DNA from: Octopus sinensis
Taxonomy: Eukaryota
Length of the DNA: 64,000 nucleotides
Assembly (NCBI RefSeq): GCF_006345805.1
Contig: NC_043010.1
Location: 57,908,001-57,972,000, forward strand
Reading direction: 5' to 3'
Below, piece by piece: positions 37,740 through 49,035 of this stretch. How positions within the stretch are numbered: position 1 is the first letter of the stretch; each line of letters begins with the position of its first letter. The translations under genes and the position numbers were made by a program. The notes beneath the pieces are model-generated. The model was not told where the DNA came from. It did no database searches and saw nothing but the letters and a program-made list of their open reading frames with translations.

Positions 37740-39752
37740 TCGAAACCTCCAGACTAACCTAAACTTTTGGGAACCAATACCTACCAATCTACCCCCATCA
37801 TCTCACAATCAATGGAAGAATTTACCTCCGAGACTTAACCCTCAACGTGGACACTTCAATCATTCAACTAAACACAACCTAACTAGACAATATAACAACT
37901 CCCAGTACAACCATAATCTGCTACACAGTTAATCCACCACAAACATACTACCACAGACTCACTTTACACCCATTTTCTCCTCAGCAAACCAAACACAATA
38001 CAGACTTTGCACAACAATCCACAAACTACAGCCATTTTTTAGACCTAAATCAGAGAAACAGAGATGTGAAATGGAACAAAATGTACAAGAATAACCGAAA
38101 ATAATCAACTTATCAAAGAAAATCCTTAGTATTACACAAGCTAAAATTCTAGCAAGAGGTTTAAAGTTTAGTCCAACCCCTCGCAGATCGAAACCGAATG
38201 AAATTAAGGATAACACTATGGATTTCTGCCAAAAATTACGCCTCACAGAAGCACTTCACAACTACACCAGCGAAGACGACTCAATAGTAACAAACAAAAG
38301 TGAATACTGTCCTACAAAAGGCAGAAATAAAGCACTTGATGCTTTTTGTGAACACATTACCAGTTTTCCTTTTAATACCCTACAAAAACAACAAATTAAA
38401 TCCAACCTTAATGTAATCCAGTCAAAAAATGATACAAACTTTACCATTAGAGAAGCTGACAAAGGAAGTGCGGCAGTAGTGATGGACACAGGGTACTACA
38501 AAAATTTAATACTCTCCATGCTGGAAAATAATATTTACTATAAGAAGATAGTACAATACAACCCAAAGAAGACACTTAAAAACTTATCCTCCTTACTTCA
38601 AATACATGGAAGGAGCCTCACTAAAAACGAAATTGACTATCCAATTTTAAATACAGACTTAGTCTATTCTACAGATTACCTGAAATACACAAAAATCTAC
38701 ATATTTGGAAAGCTTGCAAAGATTCTCCAAGCCTATGCATTAATTCCCTCCCCCCACTACTGACCTCAAACTGAGACCCATCATTGCTGTCCCTGCTTAT
38801 GAAACCCACTGTTTGAGCAACTTCCTTGACATCTTACTCAAACCGTTTCTAAAATATGTGAAAAGCTTCATCAGGGATGACTTAGATATGCTCAACCACC
38901 TCCCGAAGACAATAAAAGAAGGAACCCTGTTAGTATCATTCGATGTGGTGAATTTGTACACCAATATCCCACAAGATTATGGTATAGAAGCAATCACCTT
39001 CTGGCCAAAAAAATACCCAGAAGAGATCCCAGGACGCATCAACCACAGATTCATAATCGAAGCACTCAAATTCATCCAACTGAACAACTATTCATGTTCG
39101 ATACAGTTTACTATCGACAAAAATGTGGGATTGCAAAGGGAACCTGAGCTGCTCCAGTGATTGCGAACCTTGTAATGGGTTCCCTAGAACTTAAAATATA
39201 CCAATTATCACGACAAAAATATGGCACCTCATTTCATTGCTATTTAAAGGGGGACTGGAAGAGGTATTTGGACAATTGCTTTATACTTTGGAAAGACAGC
39301 ATGGACAAACTCTTCGATTTCAAAATAATGCTTAACAATATTAATGGCAACATACAATTCACAATGGAGCACAGCAGTAAACAACTCCCTTTTCTTGATC
39401 TCCTAATTAAAATAGTCAATAACCACATCGAAACAGACTTCTTCTTTGAACCCACAGATTCTAAACAATACCTATTATTCAACTCATGCCACCCCAAACA
39501 CATAAAAATTAATATACCTTATAATCTAGCAAAAAGAATCTGTTCCATGCTTTCGGACACCTATACTCGTGAATGAAGACTTGTTGAACTCAGATCAATA
39601 CTGATCAAAATCATTAATAAATGATGGCATTAAACGAGCCAAGGAAATGGATAGACGAACATTAAGGGAAGTCAACCGAAATACTAAACCAGACTTAAAA
39701 TCACTCGAGTACATCTCCACACGTAAACCTACAACCAATGAAGCATTCAACA
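37740..39752 (+). pseudogene. Penelope-like element (PLE) reverse transcriptase, frameshifted
   Basis: PLE-diagnostic motifs across frames: ILARGLKFSPTP, IREADKG, YRLPEIHK, LRPII, LVSFDVVNLYTNIP, IANLVMG, WKRYLDN, IQFTME, LPFLDL, YLLFNSCHPKHIKINIPYNLAKRI. Ends in a (TA/TG)n field. Confidence 0.88.
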
Positions 39753-39760
39753 TGTGTGTG

Positions 39761-39793
<33 letters not shown>

Positions 39794-39907
39794 ATTTATA
39801 TGTGTATATGTATATGTTTGTGTGTTTATATATATGTGTGTATGTATATATATATGTCTATGTGTATATCTCCACACATAACCCTAGAACCAACGAAGCT
39901 TTCAACA

Positions 39908-39945
<38 letters not shown>

Positions 39946-40048
39946 CGTATATATATATGCATATGTATTTATATATATATATATGCATATGTATTTATAT
40001 ATATATATATATATGCATATGTATTATATATATATATATATGCATATG

Positions 40049-40085
<37 letters not shown>

Positions 40086-41026
40086 TTATATGTATATATA
40101 TATATGTATTTATATGTATATATATATATTATATATATGTATTTATATGTATATATATGTATTTATATGTATATATGTATATATGTATATATATGTATAT
40201 ATATGTATGTATATGTATATGTATATATGTATATATATGTATTTATATGTATATATATGTCTATATATGTATATATGTGCATATATGTACATATATGCAT
40301 ATATGTGCATATATATATATGTATATATGTGTATATATGTGTATGTATGTATATGCATATGTCAGGTCACTTTCGAGTGCTACTGGTAACATGTAACCCT
40401 GTACAACCTGTTGCATGGTCGGGTCGTTGGCGACTAAACCAGCAACCCCACCAAGCTTGCTTGGTAAGGAGGGTGTTTATTGGACACCCTGCGGGATGAA
40501 AAACAAAACCCGTCAAAGGGCGGAGGAACTCTTGAGAGTCAACGGCCATCCAATAACTGTCTTAAGGCTGTATCATGTGTGGGGACATAGAAATAATCGG
40601 ACTGAATACCCGATCGCACGGTTAAACCATTGGGAGTGAAGGACTCCTAGCCTTTGTTAGGGCATCCTTCTAGGAGAAGGTAACTCAGGTAACTGGGATA
40701 ACTCCGACATAAAACCTGCGGCTCAGTGGTTACCGATGATGTTGACTTGTTCTTCTTTTTGGATTATGGCTGCTGTTGCTTAGTGAGTGGAATTGACTCA
40801 ATGCACAGCCTTTCCTCACTTTAAAAAAATCTTCTTGCACAGGCATTGCACAATAACAACATTGATTAAGCTTTGTGCAATGGCCATACTCGATAACAAG
40901 GGGGCAGCCACCATATGTATATATGTATATATGTGTATATATGTGTATATATGTATATATATGTATATATTTATATATATATATATATATATATAATATA
41001 TGTATATATATATGTATGTATATATG

Positions 41027-41062
<36 letters not shown>

Positions 41063-41596
41063 GTATGTATATATGTAAGTATATATGTATATATATATAT
41101 GTATATATATATGATTCTCTCTTCTCTTCTTCACTTTTGCCTGACCCCACCTTGAATACTGCTGTCCACTGTGGTCTCCCTACACAGAACAAAATATTAT
41201 GAGAATTGAAGCTCCCCAAAGGTCAATCACAAAAAAGATAGATGGCATGTCAGACCTTGACTACTGGGGTAGACTAGAGAAACTGAAACTGTATTCACTC
41301 CAACGACGCCGTACACCAGGACACGTCAAAACAGAAACTGACCACACAAAATTCAAGAAGTCTTTGGACAAATGCCTTCAAACAGTCCCGAACAAACCAC
41401 CCACACCCGGATATGTCTCCGCAAACAATAACTCTCAGCTCGAATGGGCCTCGGTGCCCAAATCCTGAATTGAAAGACTTCGCCAGGTGGTGCTATTAAA
41501 TTAGACATGGCCTGGGCCAATACTGGCCAAAACCTTTCTAAGTTATTCTAAGTTATATGTATATATATATATATGTAATATATATGTATGTATATG

Positions 41597-41633
<37 letters not shown>

Positions 41634-41878
41634 GTATGTATATATATATTTATGTATATATATATATAGAGAGAGAGAGAGATATGTATGTATGTATATA
41701 TATATAGATATATGCATATATATATATGCATATATGTATTTATGTCTATATGTATATGTATATATATATATATATGCATATATATATATATATATATGGG
41801 CTAAAAAGTCATTCTATCACAGCACCAGTAACAGTTAAGCATTGTGCAATGGCCATATTCGATAACGAAGGGGCAGCC

Positions 41879-41937
<59 letters not shown>

Positions 41938-42225
41938 ATATATATATGTATTTATATATATATCTCTATTTATATATATGTTTTATTTATTATTTTGTAC
42001 CTTATTTAATCATTATATGCTTTTATCTTATAAAAGGTGGTTTATTTCTAATTTATATATATATATATATTTATGTGTGTGTGCGTTTATATATATATAT
42101 GTATATATATGTGTGTATATATATGTGTGTATATATATGTGTGTGTATATATATATATATATATGTATGTGTGTCTGTGTGTGTGTGTATATATATATAC
42201 ACATATATATACACATATATATATA
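39750..42225. repeat. Large (TA)n/(TATG)n microsatellite field with embedded insertions
   Basis: Arrays at 39750-40360, 40915-41115, 41550-41800 and 41880-42225. Similar fields at 15134-15250, 29245-29520, 30810-31050, 31250-31430 and 54230-55110. Confidence 0.9.
41150..41550 (+). mobile_element. CR1-type LINE 3' end with internal deletion
   Basis: IEAPQRSITKKIDGMSDLDYWGRLEKLKLYSLQRRR joined directly to KFKKSLDKCLQTVPNKP..PGY. Tail TTAGACATGGCCTGGGCC...CCTTTCTAAGT. Confidence 0.75.
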
Positions 42226-45200
42226 CATCATCATCATCATCATCATCGTTTAGCGTCCGTTTTCCATGCTAGCATGGGTTGGACGGTTCTACTGGGGTCT
42301 GTGAAGCCAGAAGGCTTCATCAGACCCAGTCAAATCTGGCAGTGTTTCTACGGCTGGATGCCCTTCCTAACGCCAACCACTCCGTGAGTGTAGTGGGTGC
42401 TTTTTACGTGCCACCCGCACTGGTGCCAGACAGAGCTGGCAAACGGCCACGAACGGATGGTGCTTTTTATGTGCCACCGGCACGAGGGCCAGGCGAGGCT
42501 GGCAACGGACACGAAACGGGGCGGTGCTGGCAACGGTCGCGAAACGGAAAGTTCTCTTACATGCCACCGGCACTGGTAACACATCTCCAATTTCCATTGA
42601 TCGATTTCGATTCTGATCGTCACTTGCCTCAACGGGTCTTCACAATCAGAGTTTTGACATGCCACCGGCACTGGTAGCACATCCGCAATTTCCATTGATC
42701 GATTTCGATTCTGATCCTCACTTGCCTCATCACGTCTTCACAAGTAGAGTTTTGTGTCCCAAGAAGGGAAGGTATGCATACGTAGGCTGGCTCCATCCCA
42801 TGTAGAAGGCCACGGGTTATGGTCTCACTTGTCCTGCCGGGTCTTCTTGCGCACAGCACACTTCCAGAGGTCTCGGTCTCTAGTCATTTCCTCAGTGAGA
42901 CCTAAAGTTCGAAGGTCGTGCTTCACCACCTCGTCCCAGGTTTTCCTGGGTCTGCCTCTTCCACAGGTTCCCTCAACCGCTAGGGTGTGGCACTTTTTCA
43001 CACAACTATCTTCATCCATTCTCGCCACATGACCATACCAGTGCAAACGTCTCTCTTGCACACCACAACTGATGCTTCTTAGGTCCAGCTTTTCTCTCAA
43101 GGTACTTACACTCTGCCGAGTGTGAATACCGGCATTACACATCCATCGGAGCATACTGGCTTCATTTCTAGCGAGCTTACGCATATCCTCAGCAGTCACG
43201 GCCCATGTTTCACTGCCATGTAGCATGGCTGTTCGTACACACGCATCATACAGTCTGCCTTTCACTCTGTGCGAGAGGCCTTTTGTCACCAGCAGAGGTA
43301 AGAGCTCTCTGAACTTTGCCCAAGCTATTCTTACTCTAGCAGTTACACTTTCAGCACACCCGCCCCCGCTGCTGACTTGGTCACCTAGGTAACGGAAACT
43401 ATCAACTATTTCTAGTTTTTCTCCCTGGAAAGTGACGGAAGTTGGTCTCAGAGCATTTTCAGTGTTTATTGTTCCTGAGCATCTGCCACATACAAAAACC
43501 ATCTTCCTAGTTAGCCTTCCTTTGACATTGCTGCATCTCTTATGTGTCCATAGCTTACACTTGGTGCATCTTATAGAGTTTCTACCTACACCTTTTCTAC
43601 AGATCGAGCAGGGCCATCTACCTGAAGGTGTTTGTGATTTGTCTACCTTCCTACTGATTACGACTTTGGTTTTAGCTAGATTGACTCTGAGGCCCTTCGA
43701 TTCTAATCCTTGTTTCCACACCTGAAACTTCTCGTCCAGTTCTGATAGCGACTCAGCAATTAGAGCAAGGTCATCAGCATAGAGGAGCTCCCAAGGGCAT
43801 CCTGTCTTGAATTCCTCCGTTATTGCCTGGAGGACTATGATAAATAGGAGGGGGCTGAGTACTGAGCCTTGGTGGACCCCTACCTCTACCCGGAATTCTT
43901 CACTGTACTCATTTCCAACCCTCACCCTACTAGCGGCGTCCCTATACATGGCCCGCACAGCTCTCACTAACCATTCATCTATCCCTAGTTTTCTCATTAC
44001 CCACCAGATAAGGGATCGGGGGACCCTGTCGAAGGCTTTCTCCATGTCAACAAAAGCCAGGTACAGGGGCTTATCTTTGGCTAGGTATTTCTCCTGCAGC
44101 TGCCTTACCAGGAATATAGCATCAGTAGTACTTTTCCCTGGCACAAACCCAAACTGCATCTCATCTAAACTAACTCTCTCTCTAATTAGTTGGGCTATGA
44201 CCCTCTCCGTAACCTTCATCACCTGGTCCAACAGCTTGATACCTCTGTAGTTATTTGTATCTAGGGCATCACCTTTACCTTTGTAGCAGTTGACTATTAT
44301 ACTGCTACACCAGTCATTGGGTATGACCCCTTTGTGTATCACCTGATTAACTATACGGGTGACTAGGCTATAGCCGACACTACCAGACATTTTGAGCATC
44401 TCTGCAGTGATTCCTGATGGGCCTGGGGCTTTCCCTGTCTTCATGCTTCTAATTGCCTTAGCTACCACGGAACTATCAACTCGGATAGCTGGTCCCTCTG
44501 TTGGGTCAACATTCGGCAGACTCTCTTTATCCCATTCATTTTCTTCATTCAGCAACCTTTCATAGTGGCATCTCCAAACCTCTCTCTTTGCATCCTCATT
44601 TAGCGCAAGTGAACCATCTTCCATGCGAACACACTTCTCTCCTACCACATCACGATTCTCTCTCACACACTGTCTTGCAACACGAAACACCTCCAGTCTT
44701 TGGTCCTCACGGCGCAGAACATTGGCAAATTTTTTCTTATCTGCTTCCCCTCTGGCTAAATAAACCTGTCTCCTAGCTTCTCTTTTGGCAGTCTGATACA
44801 ATCCCCTGCTACCCCCATTTTTTCAGACCTTCCAAGCCTGTCTCTTTTCTCTAATAGCCCTGTCTACAATATTGTTCCACCACCACGTTATTCTAGGTCG
44901 AGAGGGGACTTTGCACCAGCCACAGATCTGGTCAGTGGCTCTCAGCAGGTTGTCCCTTAGAAACGTCCAGCTGTCTTCTACCCCCTGTGATGCTCTATCC
45001 CCTTCTACTTCGTCAGAGGCTTCAAGTAATATGTCCCTAAATCTCTGTCCATTTGCAGGATCTTTAAGCTTCCAGATCCTTCTTCTCCATATTTGTCGTC
45101 TTCTGGTTGTCCTCCTAGTCCTGATCCTAAAGTCACTAACTACCAGTCTATGTTGTGGGGTACATTCTTCACCTGGGAAGGTTTTGGCATTTATAAGCAG

Positions 45201-46490
45201 CCATCTCTCCCTTTGCCTTGTAAGGATGTAGTCAATTTGGCTGGTATGTTGGCCCGATTGGTAAGTGACTAGGTGGCTGGTAGGTTTCCTGAAGTTAGTG
45301 TTGCAAATCATAAGATTATTTGCATCGCAGAACTCCAGCAGCCTGGTTCCCTCCTCGTTGCGGGAGCCATAGCCATAGCCTCCATGTACGCCATGGAAGC
45401 CCCCAGCATGTCGTCCAACGTGACCATTGAAGTCACCAGCCACAAAGATAAGGTCTCTGTCGTTCGTCAACGAGGTAGTCTGCAGTAGAGTGTCATAGAA
45501 TCGGTCTTTCTGTCCATCGGGTAGCCCCGACTGAGGAGCATAGGCTGATATAATGGTTGCTAAACTATGATGAAGCACTAATCTAATCTTAAGTATTCTG
45601 TCACATACTCTGATTACCTCAATTACTTTATCTACCCATTTCTCAGCGATAAGTATACCCACGCCACCAACCCCGTCAGTGTTCCCTGCCCAGAAAATCT
45701 TGTACCTGCGTTCCTTGCCTGTGAGGAACCTAGCTGATCCTCCTCTCCACCTTATTTCTTGCATGCAACATATATCCACACATCTCCGTTCAAGCATCTC
45801 GACTATCTCACCAGACCTACCTTTCAGAGTGCCAACGTTGAGGGTGCCAACCCTGAGGGTGTGGGAGGCATGGGCTCTAGAGACCCTGGGACGGTGGACA
45901 GTAGCTTCGTGTACCTGAAAAGAAAGCTCGCATTTGGCAGAATTCATGTGCAAGAAATGAAGTAGTAAAGTAGCCTTCAGTACAACCTGCATAACGCTAG
46001 CCTTTCATATTTTGCACTGTATGAACATTACCTTACATAGGTCGAGACTAGGGGTAGGGATGGTGAGAACATTTACAGTCTTCATGGGAAGCAACCCCGG
46101 AATGGCAGAGAATAGGAACTTCCGGCATGCGTGGTGGGGGTGGGAGGGCCGGTGCACCGTGTCTGAGTAAAGAGGTTCTGTTAATCGTATGAGCTAGCAA
46201 ATGGGTTTGTATGAATCGGGAGACAACACTAAACGAAAAATTGAAAAATCAGAGTGGCTATGAACCTGTAGACAAGTCTAAACGAAAAAAAAAAATGTTT
46301 GAGCTAGACAGGGTAATGAGGGAATACTGAAAGAATGAGGGACAATACAATGAGATGGAAATTGAAGAATAGAGAAAGAATAAGAATAAGTGCAAGAAAG
46401 AAGGTAGTCGTAGCGAGGTTGGACGATTCACTTAACTTTTAGCCATTCATGATCTGTGCGTATTCTTTAGATATTTTGAAGCGAGTGGGG
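42226..46490 (-). mobile_element. Apparently full-length RTE-clade LINE (5' UTR, APE-RT ORF, 3' UTR, (GAT)n tail)
   Basis: Single long reading frame with APE and RT motifs. ~500-bp pyrimidine-rich 5' UTR. 3' end ...AAAC(GAT)n shared with many fragments in the window. Both ends abut (TA)n. Confidence 0.93.
42825..45992 (-). pseudogene. RTE ORF (APE endonuclease + reverse transcriptase + internal PHD-type finger) broken by one in-frame TGA at 44823-44825
   Basis: ORFs 44823..45992 and 42825..44801 are in the same frame. APE motifs: GTLNVGTL, QEIRW, AYAP, GDFNGHVG, QIDYIL. RT motifs: KAPGPSGI, YRGIKLL, QFGF, DMEKAFD, GVHQGSVLSPLLF, YADD, YLG. Confidence 0.93.
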
Positions 46491-47469
46491 TTATATATAT
46501 ATACACACACACACACTCACTCATATGTGTGTTCATGTGTTCATATTAAAAGTAGCAGTCAACTTTGAGTTTCCTCTCGGACAGAAGCACAACACAGAAT
46601 AGGATCCATTCAGTCTTGTATATTGTGTTCTGTACCAGAAAATGCTTGTACCACATACAACATATATTTAATATACTTTACAAACCGTACGTTGTGATAT
46701 ATCACACATTCATACAAATATATGAATGTATGTATGTATGTGTGTATGTATGTATGTGTGTATGTATGTATAAATACAAATTTGTTACCAGTTCAGATAT
46801 GCTTGAAGCATATTCAAACCATTGTATTTTGTGATGGTGACAATTTCTCACAGTGTCCATATCCAGATTGGGGGGGGGGGGGGTACATGCGTTTGGAGTG
46901 GTTATCTCCTCTTCAGCCGCACAGACCAGAAAGACAGAAGCTGCAAACTAACACAAGAGACAAGTTCCCCTTATCCTATCCCCATCATATGTACATAAAG
47001 GAATGTATGCGTACTCAATATGCACATTTTGTAGCTAATTTGGTTACTAAATTACTCTTGTATTCACAGTGTCTTCTTGTCTCAATGTTATTCTATATCA
47101 TACAAGGGTGACTGTGTTACCTCAACATGGAACTGAAACCAGTCCTGTTAGTCACCTGCTTTCACTGACCACAAACATATTGCATAAAACTGCAAAAGGT
47201 TTCCACGTGTCTTTAAAAAAAAGTTTACATGAAAATTCTATTGCTATGTTATCTATTTCAACAACTTCTGATGCAGCAGTCATTAGTGAACCCCCCTAAA
47301 TATCGCAGGGGGTCATTTACATAGGACGTGCCTTTTCTATAACGTACAGGAATGGATAAGGTAAAACATGAATATTGTCTAGTCAGTGATGCAGAACCAG
47401 TAGAGTGGGGCACAGTGGTTGATTGACAGTAGATATGTGTGTGTATATATGTGCGTGTATGTGTGTGCT

Positions 47470-47700
47470 TTTGTGGCCTAGTGGCATTCATAAGCACCAG
47501 ACTGTGGGTTTGATTCCCTGACTGGGCAGCGTTCATTTCTCATTGCTCCCATCCCCTTTCTGTCAGTAAGGAATGTTGGCCTGCTCACATAGTCAGCAGG
47601 GTCACGTCATTTGAAGGCTGAAGCAATGCAAAAAGCGTATTGTAACCAGCGATATGTAACATCATCTGACAGTCTGGTTGGTCATGTGGTCACATGATAT
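47470..47700 (+). mobile_element. Decayed tRNA-derived SINE
   Basis: TGGCCTAGTGG A box and GGGTTTGATTCCC B-box-like motif. Confidence 0.45.
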
Positions 47701-47739
47701 GTGTATATGCTCCGTAGAGAGAAATGGTAAATGCTGAGA

Positions 47740-48260
47740 CAAGGGTAGACCTATAAAAGAACGTTCTTCGGAATCTGGTTCCTGTTTAGTGGGAGATGTA
47801 ATTAAGACATTGATGTATTTAGTGATTAAAGAAGTTGAGGAGAAGTTTAGGGGTTTGCCATCTGTTTGCAACAAAGGATTTTTGTATGAAAATCATGCTA
47901 GTGAGGTATGGAATGCTACATGGTGGAGAAACCTGGAGGGTGGCATGTGGAAGATCTGTAGTACATGGAGAGACATGCAGTGTAATTTGTTGTATGTGTA
48001 ATATTAAGCAACATGGTGGTGAGAAATGTGACTGCTTTTGTAGAAATAAACTGAGAGAATGATGAAATTTTAAAGCCATCAGCAGTGAGAGAGATGTCCT
48101 TGAAGATGCAGACATGGACAGGATGAATGGTGATGAGTGTTGAGCCATGAATTGATCCAGAGGTTGTGTATATGGCAATGAAAGAGACTGAACTACACAA
48201 GAAAGGATGGAGTAGTTAGACCTCAGGATGTTGTACCTCACAAATAAGACAATACAGGAT
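47740..48260 (+). mobile_element. Heavily decayed RTE C-terminal fragment
   Basis: Fragments EKFRGLP, MLHGGETW and ICCMCNI parallel AKFRELLP, MLHGSETW and LRWMCN of the full-length copy. Confidence 0.5.
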
Positions 48261-48318
48261 CTTCAGGTGTGACAATAACTTAGACTTGAAGACCAATGTG
48301 TTAATATTGAAATCGGTT

Positions 48319-48534
48319 AAGGCACAGAGCCATAAGAATTTTCACCACGTCAGGTAAAATGCGCAGCATTTTGTCTTTAGTTTCTGAGTTCAAATTCTAC
48401 TGGGGTCGACTTTGTCTTTCATCCTGTCAGGATCAATAATAAAAAAAAAATACCAGTTGAGCAGTGAGGATGATAAAACTGACTACCCCACACCATTTCC
48501 TGAAATTGCTGGCCTTGTGCCAAAAAGTGAAACC
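48319..48534 (+). mobile_element. SINE family B copy
   Basis: CTGAGTTCAAATTCTACTGGGGTCGACTTTGTCTTTCATCC...GAAATTGCTGGCCTTGTGCCAAAA. Confidence 0.75.
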
Positions 48535-49026
48535 AATAATGATACAAGTTATAAAGCATGTCATCACTAACAGATTTGTGTTGAAACAATGAAATTGATG
48601 ATGATGATGGTGATTAAAGTTTAAAGATGAAACATTGGGTCTAAACCCTGTTGGATGGGTAATTGACAGGCTGTGATGGAGAGGTAACAGATGTGATGGC
48701 TGGTGTACCAGATGTGGTGACTGGTGTACCAGATGTGGTGAACATTTTATGTAATCTGGTGGCTAAGTTTACCTGGTGTAGAGGACAGTAAATGTAATAG
48801 AGTCAGAGTTTTTCCTGTGAAGATATATTTGTTGTTGGATCTTACATTGGCCATACTTTCCAGAGACAAACCCTCATTGAGGATTGGAAAGTATCTCGAC
48901 GTGTGTGTGTGTGTGTGTGTGTGTGCGCATGTATGTCTGTAGCTAAGAGTGGAACTACAGTGTGAAGTGTAGAGAGTGAAATTAAAAAGGAAGAGGAGAG
49001 AAAAGAGAGAGAGAGAGGAGAGAGAG

Positions 49027-49035
49027 ACTTACCAA
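49027..49035 (-). promoter_or_regulatory. 5' splice donor ending the protocadherin large exon
   Basis: Minus strand TTG|GTAAGT followed by a (CT)n/(CA)n tract. The ORF residues beyond it (VSLSLLSLSLFSPLPF) are translated microsatellite. Confidence 0.9.

Noticed and set aside
40630-40720. Definite HDV-like ribozyme
   Set aside because: P3 and the catalytic C in J4/2 could not be assigned by eye. Kept only as an open hypothesis in the findings.
42303-42325. CTGATGA on the minus strand in the RTE 3' UTR as a hammerhead
   Set aside because: It is followed by the hairpin GAAGCC-TTCT-GGCTTC but has no GAAA or stem III. It is more likely a simple 3' UTR stem-loop.
44823-44825. Programmed readthrough or selenocysteine at the RTE TGA
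   Set aside because: A single TGG>TGA mutation is simpler, RTE elements normally have one continuous ORF, and no readthrough signal was recognised.
43432-45965. Plus-strand ORFs over the RTE (e.g. 43807-44250, 44872-45231)
   Set aside because: Antisense shadows of a coding frame with no recognisable motifs. The same applies to 49201-51262 over the protocadherin.
46110-46155. G-quadruplex or ETS site in the RTE 5' UTR
   Set aside because: There are only three tracts of three or more G and a single ACTTCCGG, which is too weak to call without data.
48982-49032. C-terminal residues VSLSLLSLSLFSPLPF of the 824-aa ORF
   Set aside because: They follow a perfect GTAAGT donor and translate a CT microsatellite, so they are intronic.
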